Assembly (NCBI GenBank): GCA_964016885.1
Contig: OZ024744.1
Location: 112,716,001 to 112,780,000, forward strand
Origin: Eledone cirrhosa
Taxonomy: Eukaryota
Length of the DNA: 64,000 bases
Reading direction: 5' to 3'
The first letter of the stretch is position 1; each line of letters opens with the position of its first letter. This document shows, piece after piece, positions 53,101-64,000 of this stretch. Below the pieces are notes generated by a model. That model had not been told where the DNA came from, did no database searches, and saw only the letters and a program-made list of their open reading frames with translations. The position numbers and the translations under genes are program-made.

Positions 53101-56100
53101 TGGTCACATAATCTCTGGCTTGGTTACATAATACTGTCTTGGACACATAACCTCTGACTTGGTTACATAACCTCTGGCTTGGTCACATAACCTCTGGCTT
53201 GGTCACGTTCCCTCTGGCTTGGTCACATAACCTCTGGCTTTGTAACATAACCTCTGACTTTGTAACATAACCTCTGACTTGGTCACATAACCTCTGACTT
53301 GGTCACATAATCTCTGGCTTGGTCACATAACCTCTGGCTTGTTCACATAACCTCTGGCGTGGTCACATTATCTCTGACTTGGTCATGTTACCTCTGGCTT
53401 AGTCACGTTACCTCTTGCTTGGTTACGTTAATTCTGGGTTGGTCAAGTTACCTCTGGCTTGGTCACGTTACCTCTGGATTGGTCACATAACCTCTGGTTG
53501 CTCACATAATCTCTGGCTTAGTCACATAACCTCTGGCTTTGTCACATTACCCCTCGATTGGTCACGTTACCTCTGGCTTGCTCACATAACCTCTGACCAT
53601 GTCATCTTACCGCCGACTTGGTCACATAACCTCTGACTTCGTCACGTTACCTCTGACTTGCTCACATAAACTCTGACTTCGTCACATTACCTCTGACTTG
53701 CTCACATAAACTCTGGCTTGGTCACGTTACTTCTGGCTTAGTCACGTTACCTATGGTCTGGTCACATTACCCCATGCTTGGTCACGTTACCTCTGACTTG
53801 GTAACACAACGTCTGACTTGGTCACATAACCTCTGCTTGGTCGCATAACCTCCAGACTGGTCACGTTACCTTTGGCTTGGTCACGTTAACTCTGACGTGT
53901 TCACATAACCTCTGACTTGGTCATGTTACGTCTGGCTTGGGTCACGTTACCTCTGACTTGGTCACGTTGCCTCTGGCCTGGTCACGTTACCTCTGACTTG
54001 GTCACGTTATCTCTGACATTGTCACATAACATCTGACTTGGTCACCTAACCTCTGCTTGGTCACATAACCTCTGGCTTGGTCACGTTACCTCTGGCTTTG
54101 TCAAGTTCCCTATGGCTTGTTCACATTACCTCTGGCTTGGTCACATATCCTCTGGCTTGGGTCACGTTACCTCTGACTTAGTCACGTTACCTCTTGCTTG
54201 GTCACGTTACCTCTGACTTGGTAACATAAACTCTGGCTTGATCACATTACCTCTGGTTTCTCACGTTACCTCTGACTTGGTCATATAACCTCTGCTTGGT
54301 CACATAACCTCTGGCTTGATCACGTTACCTCTGTATTGGTCACGTTAACTCTGACTTGCTCACGTTACCTCTGGCTTGGTCAAGTTCCCTATGGCTTTGT
54401 AACATTACCTTTGGCTTGGTCACATAACCTCTGACTTGTTTGTATAATCTCTGAATTGGTCACGTTACCTCTGTCTTGGTCACTTGCCTCCGGCTGTGTC
54501 ACATAACCTCTCGCTTGGTCATATAACCTCTGGCTTTGTCACATAACCTCTGGCTTAGTCACATTACACCTGGCTTGATCACGTTACCTCTGGCTTGGTC
54601 ACATAACCTCTGGCTTGGTCACGTTACCTATGGCTTGGTCACATAACCTCTGGCCTGGTCACATAACATCTGGCTTGGTTACGTAACCTCTGGCTTAGTC
54701 ACATAACCGCTGACTTGGTCACGTTAACTCTGGTTTGGTCACGTTACCTCTGACTTGGACACATACCCTCTAACTTGGTCAAGTTACCACTGGCTTGGTC
54801 AAGTTACCTCTGGCTTGGTCACATAACCTCTGGCTTGGTTATATAATCTCTGGCTTGGTCACAGTACCTCTGTCTTGGTCACGTTACCTCTTGCTTGGTT
54901 ACGTTAACTCTGGGTTGGTCAAGTTACCTCTGGCTTGGTCACGTTACCTCTGGCTTGGTCACATAACCTCTGGCTGGTCACATAACCGCTGGCTTGGCCA
55001 CGTAACCTCTGGCTTAGTCACATAACTTTGTCACGTTACCCCTCGATTGATCACGTTACCTCTGGCTTGGTCACATAACCTGTGACCTTGTCATGTTACC
55101 TCTCACTTGGTCACATACACTCTGGCTTGGTTATGTAACTTCTGGCTTAGTCACATAACATCTGGCTTGGTCACGTTACCTATGGCTTGGTCACGTTACC
55201 TCTGCCTTGGTCACGTTATCTCTGGCTTGGACATATAACCTCTGACTTGGTCACATAATCTCTGGTTTGTTCACATAAGCTCTGACTTAGTCACAAAATA
55301 TATGGATTGGTCACATTACATCTGGCTTGGTCATATAACCTCTGGCTTGGTGACATTACCTCTGACTTAGTCACGTTACCTCTGGATTGGTCACGTTACG
55401 TCTGACCTGGTCACATAACTCTGGCTTGGTCACCTTACCTCTGGTTGGTCACGTTACCTCTGACTTGTTCACATAACCTCTGACTTGGTCACATAACCTG
55501 TGGCTTGGTCCCGTTACCTCTGGCTTGGTCACGTTACCTCTGACTTGGTCACGTTACCTCTGGCTTGGTCAAGTTACCTATGGCTTGGTCACGTTACCAC
55601 TGGCTTGGTCACATAACCTCTGATTTGGTCACATAATCTCTTACTTGGGCACATAATCTCCCGCTTGGTCACGTTAAATTTGGCTTCGTCACGTTTCCTC
55701 TGGCTTGTGTCACGTTACCTCTAACTTGGTCACGTTACGTCTGGCTTAGTCACGTTACCTCTGACTTGGTCACATAAACTCTGGCTTGGTCACGTTACCT
55801 CTGGCATGGTCACATAACTTCTGACTGATCACATAACCTCTGACATAATTACATAACCTCTGGCTTGGTCACATAACCTCTGGCCTGGTCACGTAACATC
55901 TGGCCTGGTCACATAACCTCTGGCTTGGTCACATAACCTCTGACTTGGTCACATAACCTCTGACTTGGTCATGTTACCTCTGACTTGGTCACGTTACTTT
56001 TGGCTTGGTCACGTTAGCACTGGCTTGGTTACATAACCTCTGACTTGGTCACATAACCTCTGACTTGGTCACATAACCTCCAGCTTGGTCACGTTACTTT

Positions 56101-59100
56101 TGGCTTGGTCACGTTACCTCTGACTTGGTCATGTTACCTCTGACTTGGTCACAGAACCTCTGGCTTGGTCGCGTTACCTATGGCTTGGTCACGTTACCTC
56201 TGACTTGGTCACATAACCTCTGACTTGGTCACCTACCTCTGGCTTGGTCCGTTACCTCTGGCTTAGTCACATAACTTCTCGCTTGGTCACATAACCTCTG
56301 GCTTGGTTACGTTACCTCTTGTTTGGTCGCGTTGATTCTGAATTGGTCACCTAACCTCTCACTTGGTCACGTTACCTCTGGCTTGGTCACATATGTAACA
56401 TAATCTCTGGCTTGGTTATGTAAACTCTTGCTTAGTCAAATAACCTCTGGCTTGGTCTCGTTATTCTGGCTTGGTCACGTTACCTCTGACTTGGTCACAT
56501 AAACTCTAGCTTTGTAACATAACCTCTGGCTTCGTCACGTTACCTCTAGATTGGTCACGTTACTTCTCGTTGGTCACGTTACCTCTGGTTGGTCACGTTA
56601 CCTCTGGATTGGTCACATAACCTCTGGTTGCTCACATAATCTCTGGCTTAGTCACATAACCTCTGGCTTGGTCACGTTACCTCTGATTTGGTCACGTTAC
56701 CTCTGGTTTTGTCAAGTTACCTATGGTTTGGTCACATAATCTCTGGCTTGGTTACATAATACTGTCTTGGACACATAACCTCTGACTTGGTCACATAACC
56801 TCTGGCTTGGTCACATAACCTCTGGCTTGGTCACGTTCCCTCTGGCTTGGTCACATAACCTCTGGCTTTGTAACATAACCTCTGACTTTGTAACATAACC
56901 TCTGACTTGGTCACATAACCTCTGACTTGGTCATATAACCTCTGGCTTGGTCACATAACCTCTGGCTTGTTCACATAACCTCTGGCGTGGTCACATTATC
57001 TCTGACTTGGTCATGTTACCTCTGGCTTAGTCACGTTACCTCTTGCTTGGTTACGTTAATTCTGGGTTGGTCAAGTTACCTCTGGCTTGGTCACGTTACC
57101 TCTGGATTGGTCACATAACCTCTGGTTGCTCACATAATCTCTGGCTTAGTCACATAACCTCTGGCTTTGTCACATTACCCCTCGATTGGTCACGTTACCT
57201 CTGGCTTGCTCACATAACCTCTGACCATGTCATCTTACCGCCGACTTGGTCACATAACCTCTGACTTCGTCACGTTACCTCTGACTTGCTCACATAAACT
57301 CTGACTTCGTCACATTACCTCTGACTTGCTCACATAAACTCTGGCTTGGTCACGTTACCTCTGGCTTAGTCACGTTACCTATGGTCTGGTCACATTACCC
57401 CATGCTTGGTCACGTTACCTCTGACTTGGTAACACAACGTCTGACTTGGTCACATAACCTCTGCTTGGTCGCATAACCTCCAGACTGGTCACGTTACCTT
57501 TGGCTTGGTCACGTTAACTCTGACGTGTTCACATAACCTCTGACTTGGTCATGTTACGTCTGGCTTGGGTCACGTTACCTCTGACTTGGTCACGTTGCCT
57601 CTGGCCTGGTCACGTTACCTCTGACTTGGTCACGTTATCTCTGACATTGTCACATAACATCTGACTTGGTTACCTAACCTCTGCTTGGTCACATAACCTC
57701 TGGCTTGGTCACGTTACCTCTGGCTTTGTCAAGTTCCCTATGGCTTGTTCACATTACCTCTGGCTTGGTCACATATCCTCTGGCTTGGGTCACGTTACCT
57801 CTGACTTAGTCACGTTACCTCTTGCTTGGTCACGTTACCTCTGACTTGGTAACATAAACTCTGGCTTGATCACGTTACCTCTGGTTTCTCACGTTACCTC
57901 TGACTTGGTCATATAACCTCTGCTTGGTCACATAACCTCTGGCTTGATCACGTTACCTCTGTATTGGTCACGTTAACTCTGACTTGCTCACGTTACCTCT
58001 GGCTTGGTCAAGTTCCCTATGGCTTTGTAACATTACCTTTGGCTTGGTCACATAACCTCTGACTTGTTTGTATAATCTCTGAATTGGTCACGTTACCTCT
58101 GTCTTGGTCACTTGCCTCCGGCTGTGTCACATAACCTCTCGCTTGGTCATATAACCTCTGGCTTTGTCACATAACCTCTGGCTTAGTCACATTACACCTG
58201 GCTTGATCACGTTACCTCTGGCTTGGTCACATAACCTCTGGCTTGGTCACGTTACCTATGGCTTGGTCACATAACCTCTGGCCTGGTCACATAACATCTG
58301 GCTTGGTTACGTAACCTCTGGCTTAGTCACATAACCGCTGACTTGGTCACGTTAACTCTGGTTTGGTCACGTTACCTCTGACTTGGACACATACCCTCTA
58401 ACTTGGTCAAGTTACCACTGGCTTGGTCAAGTTACCTCTGGCTTGGTCACATAACCTCTGGCTTGGTTATATAATCTCTGGCTTGGTCACAGTACCTCTG
58501 TCTTGGTCACGTTACCTCTTGCTTGGTTACGTTAACTCTGGGTTGGTCAAGTTACCTCTGGCTTGGTCACGTTACCTCTGGCTTGGTCACATAACCTCTG
58601 GCGGGTCACATAACCGCTGGCTTGGCCACGTAACCTCTGGCTTAGTCACATAACTTTGTCACGTTACCCCTCGATTGATCACGTTACCTCTGGCTTGGTC
58701 ACATAACCTGTGACCTTGTCATGTTACCTCTCACTTGGTCACATACACTCTGGCTTGGTTATGTAACTTCTGGCTTAGTCACATAACATCTGGCTTGGTC
58801 ACGTTACCTATGGCTTGGTCACGTTACCTCTGCCTTGGTCACGTTATCTCTGGCTTGGACATATAACCTCTGACTTGGTCACATAATCTCTGGTTTGTTC
58901 ACATAAGCTCTGACTTAGTCACAAAATATATGGATTGGTCACATTACATCTGGCTTGGTCATATAACCTCTGGCTTGGTGACATTACCTCTGACTTAGTC
59001 ACGTTACCTCTGGATTGGTCACGTTACGTCTGACCTGGTCACATAACTCTGGCTTGGTCACCTTACCTCTGGTTGGTCACGTTACCTCTGACTTGTTCAC

Positions 59101-62100
59101 ATAACCTCTGACTTGGTCACATAACCTGTGGCTTGGTCCCGTTACCTCTGGCTTGGTCACGTTACCTCTGACTTGGTCACGTTACCTCTGGCTTGGTCAA
59201 GTTACCTATGGCTTGGTCACGTTACCACTGGCTTGGTCACATAACCTCTGATTTGGTCACATAATCTCTTACTTGGGCACATAATCTCCCGCTTGGTCAC
59301 GTTAAATTTGGCTTCGTCACGTTTCCTCTGGCTTGTGTCACGTTACCTCTAACTTGGTCACGTTACGTCTGGCTTAGTCACGTTACCTCTGACTTGGTCA
59401 CATAAACTCTGGCTTGGTCACGTTACCTCTGGCATGGTCACATAACTTCTGACTGATCACATAACCTCTGACATAATTACATAACCTCTGGCTTGGTCAC
59501 ATAACCTCTGGCCTGGTCACGTAACATCTGGCCTGGTCACATAACCTCTGGCTTGGTCACATAACCTCTGACTTGGTCACATAACCTCTGACTTGGTCAT
59601 GTTACCTCTGACTTGGTCACGTTACTTTTGGCTTGGTCACGTTAGCACTGGCTTGGTTACATAACCTCTGACTTGGTCACATAACCTCTGACTTGGTCAC
59701 ATAACCTCCAGCTTGGTCACGTTACTTTTGGCTTGGTCACGTTACCTCTGACTTGGTCATGTTACCTCTGACTTGGTCACAGAACCTCTGGCTTGGTCAC
59801 ATAACCTCTGACTAGGTCACAAAACCTCCAGCTTGGTCACGTTACCGCTGACTTGGTCACATAACCTCTGATTTGGTCATGTTAGCTCTGACTTGGCCAC
59901 ATAACCTCTGATTTGGTCATGTTAGCTCTGACTTGGCCACATAACCTCTGGCTTGGTCACGTTACCTCTGGCTTGGTCACGTTACCTCTGACTTGGTCAC
60001 ATTACGTCTGACTTGGTCAGGTTACCTCTGGCTTGGTCAAGTTTCCTCTGGCTAGGTCACATAACCTCTGACTTGGTCACGTTACCTCTGACTTGGTCAC
60101 CTTACCTCTGGCTTGGTCACCTTACCTCTGGTTTGATCACATAATCTCTGACTTGGTCACATAACCTCTGACTTGGTCACATAACCTCTGGTTGGTCACA
60201 TAACCGCTGGCTTGGCCACGTAATCTGGCTTAGTCACATAACTCTGGCTTTGTCACATTACCCCTCGATTGGTCACGTTACCTCTAACTTGGTCACATAA
60301 CCTCTGACCTGGTATGTTACCACTGACTTGGTCACATACACTCTGGCTTGGTTATGTAACTTCTGGCTTAGTCACATAACATCTCACTTGGTCACGTTAC
60401 CTATGGCTTGGTCACGTTACCTCTGCCTTGGTCACGTTATCTCTGGCTTGGTCACCTTACCTCTGGTTTGATCACATAACCTCTGACTTGGTCACATAAC
60501 CTCTGGCTTGGTCACATAACCTTGAGCTTGGTCACGTTAGCGCTGACTTGGTAACATAACCTCTGACTTGGTCACCTAACCTCTGCTTGGTATCATAACC
60601 TCTGGCTTGGTCACGTTACCTCTGGCTTTGACAAGTTCCCTTGGGCTTGGTCATATTACCTCTGGCTTGGTCACATAACCGCTGGCGTGGTCACATTACC
60701 TCTGGTTTGGTCACGTTCCTCTGGCTTGGTCACGTTACCTCTGACTTGGTCACGTTACCTCTGGCTTTGTCACGTAACCTCTGGTTTTGTCACATAACCT
60801 CTGACTTTGTCACATAACCTCTGGCTTGGTCACGTAACCTCTGGCTTAGTCACTTAACCTTTGGCTTGGTCACGTTCCTCTGGATTGGTCACGTTACCTC
60901 TGACTTGGTCACGTTACCTCTGGCTTTGTCACATAACCTCTGGCTTTGTCACATAACCTCTGACTTTGTCACATAACCTCTGACGTTGTCACATAACCTC
61001 TGGTTTAGTTACTTAATCTTTGGCTTCGTCACATTAGAACTGGCTTGGTCGCGTTACCTCTGGTTTGGTCACGTTACCTCTGGTTTGGTCACGTTACCTC
61101 TGGCTTGGTCACATAACCTCTGACTAGGTCACATAACTTCCAGCTTGGTCACGTTACCGCTGACTTGGTCACATAACCTCTGATTTGGTCATTTTACCTC
61201 TGGCTTGGTCACGTTACCTCTAGCTAGGTCACATAACCTCTGACTTGGTTACATAATCTCTGAATTGGTCACTTAACCTCTGGCTTCGTCACATAACCTC
61301 TTGCGTGGTCACGTTACCCCTGGCTTGGTCACGTTACCTCTGACTTGGTCAGGCTACCTCTGGCTTGGTAACGTTACATCTGACTCGGTCACGTTACCTC
61401 CGGCTTGGTCACGTTACCTCTGGTTTGGTCAGATAACCTCTGGCTTTGTCACATATCCTATGGCTTTGTCACATAACCTATGGCTTTGTCACATAACCTA
61501 TGGCTTTGTTACATAATCTCTGACTTGGTCACATAACCTCTGACCAGGTCACGATACCTGTGACCTGGTCACATAACCTCTGGCTTGGTCACGTTACCTC
61601 TGGCTTGGTCCATAACCTCTGGCTTGGTCACATAACCTCTGACATGGTCACATAACCTCTTACTTGGTCACGTTAATTCTGACTTGGGTCACGTCATCTC
61701 TAACTTGATCACATAACCTCTGGCTTGGTCACATAACCTCTGGCTTGGTCACGTTACCTCTGGCTTGGTCACGTTACCTCTGACTTGGTCACATAACCTC
61801 TGGCTTCGTAACGTAAACTCTGGCTTAGTCACATAACCTCTGGCTTGGTCACGTTACCTCTGATTTGGTAAATATAACTCTGTCTTGGTCACGTTACCTC
61901 TGGCATGTTCGCATAACCTCTGACTTGGTCACATAACCTCTGGCTTGGTCACATAACCTCTGGCTTGGTCACGTTATTTCTGACTTTGTCACATAAGCTC
62001 TGACTTGGTCACGTTACCTCTGACATGGTCACACGTTACCTTTGGCTTGGTCACGTTACCACTGGCCTGGTCACACGTTACCTCTGGCTTGGTCACGTTA

Positions 62101-62382
62101 CCTCTGACTTGGTCACATAAGCTCTGACTTGGTCACGTTACCTCTGACATTGTCACAACCTCTGGCTTGGTGACGTTACCTCTGGCTTGGTCACGTTACC
62201 TCTGACTTATTCACATAACCTCTGCCTTGGTCACGTTACCTCTGGCTTTGTCATGTTACCTGTGGCTTGGTCACATAACCTCGGGCTTGGTTACGTAACC
62301 TCAGGCTTAGTCACATAACCTCTGGCTTGGTCACTTTTCATCTGGCTTGGTCACCTTACCTCTGACTTGGGTCACCTTACCT
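50132..62382. repeat. 20-bp satellite TGGCTTGGTCAC(GTT/ATA)ACCTC, ~12 kb, with a ~3.6-kb higher-order duplication
   Basis: Visible period 20; identical or near-identical ORFs at 53415/57043 and 54795/58423 (offset 3628). Confidence 0.95.
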
Positions 62383-64000
62383 AGGTTACAACAGTAACTA
62401 GGTTACAACACTAATTGTTGTGTAACGGTGTCGGTAATTAGGTTATAACACTAATTGTAGTGCGACCGTGACAGTAACTAAGTTTCAACACTAATTGTAG
62501 TGTAACTGTGTCAGTAATTAGGTTACATCATTAATTGTAGTGTGACTGTGTCAGTACCGAGGTTACAACACTAATTGTTGTGTAACTGTGTCAGTAACTA
62601 GGTTACAACTCTAATTGTAATGTAACTGTGTCAGTAACTAGGTTACAACACTAATTGTTGTGTAACTGTGTCAGTAATTAGGTTACATCATTAATTGTAG
62701 TGTGACTGTGTCAGTAACTATGTTCCGACAATATTTGTAATGTAACACTCTCAGTAAATAGGTTACAACATTAATTGTAGTGTAGCTGTGTCATTAATTA
62801 TGTTAGAACACTAATTGTAGTGTAATAGTGTCACTATCTAGGTTACAACAGTAAATGTAGTGTTACTATGTCAGTATCTATGTTACAATAGATATCGTAG
62901 TGTAACTGGGTCAGTAACTAGGTTACAACACTAATCGTAGTGTAACTGTGTCAGTAACTGTGTTACAACACTAATCGTAGTGTAACTGTGTCAGTAACTG
63001 TGTTACAACAGTAATTGTATTGTAAATGTGTCAGTAGCTAGGTTACAACACTAATTGTAGTGTAACTGTGTCAGTAAATATGTTACAACACTAATTGTAG
63101 TGTAACCGTGTCAGTAACTAGGTTACAATGCTAATTGTAGTGTGACTGTGTCAGTAACTAGGTTACAACAGTAAATGTAGTATTACTATGTCAGTATCTA
63201 AGTTACAATAGATATCGTAGTGTGACTGTGTCAGTAACTAGGTTACAACAGTAATTGTAATGTAACTATTTCAGTAAATAGGTAACAACACTAATTCTAG
63301 TGTAACTGTCAGTAATTAGGCTACAACACTAATTGTAGTGTAACTTTCAGTAATTAGGCTACAACACTAATTGTATTTTAACAGTTTCAGTAAATAGGTT
63401 ACAACAGTAATTGTAGTGTGACAGCGTCAGTAACTAGTTTACAGCAGTAATTGTAGTGTAACTCTGTCAATAACTAGGTTACAACACTAATTGTAGTGTA
63501 ACTGTCAGTAATTTGGCTACAACACTAATTGTAGTGAGTCTGTGTTAGTAACTAGGTTATAACACTAATTGTACTGTGACTGTGTCAGTAACTAGATTAT
63601 AACACTAATTGTAGTGTAACTGTGTCAGTAACTAAGTTGCAACAATAGTTGTCGTGGACCTGCGTCAGTAACTATGTTACAACACTAATTGTAGTGTAAC
63701 TGTGTTAGTAACTAGGTTACAATGCTAATTGTAGTGTAACTGTGTCCGTAACTATGTTACAACACTAATTGTTGTGTGACTGTGTCAGTAACTATGTTAC
63801 AACAGTAATTGTAGTGTAACACTCTCAGTAAATAAGCGACAACACTAACTGTAGAGTAACTACGTCAGTAACTAGGTTACAATAGAAATTGTATTGAAAC
63901 TATGTCAGTGGCTAGGTTACAACAGTAATTGTACTGTAATTGTGTTAGTAACTGGGTTACAGCACTAATAGTAATGTGACTATGTCAGTAACTAGGTGAC
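62383..64000. repeat. 40-bp satellite GGTTACAACACTAATTGTAGTGTAACTGTGTCAGTAACTA, runs off the window
   Basis: Visible period 40 (e.g. 62581, 62621, 62661). Confidence 0.95.

Noticed and set aside
50023-61516. ORFs such as LVTLPLAWSRYLWLGHIT
   Set aside because: Translations of the 20-bp satellite

Overview
Eukaryotic, repeat-saturated, gene-free window. The microsatellite load and the RTE/SINE/Penelope content suggest a cephalopod-like mollusc (inference). No host protein-coding gene is supported; most long ORFs in the track are microsatellite artefacts. The main discovery is a ~420-bp tandem repeat (about 24 direct units, 18118-34765, plus one inverted partial unit) whose units carry a minimal type-I hammerhead ribozyme (HHR) with a palindromic stem III, intact in most units. 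This looks like a non-LTR retrozyme-like array. Next to it are a diverged 468-bp sister family whose HHR shows compensatory base changes, two Naiad-like Penelope elements, and several more HHR motifs (43.5-47.3 kb). A near-intact RTE LINE with a PHD-like finger, a Ty3/Gypsy LTR element and a truncated RTE have all inserted into this repeat at nearly the same unit position. Also present: a mariner relic, Helitrons, tRNA-derived SINEs, an R4-like LINE relic, and 16-, 20-, 39-, 40- and 48-bp satellites. All calls were made by eye; boundaries of degraded elements and copy numbers are approximate.
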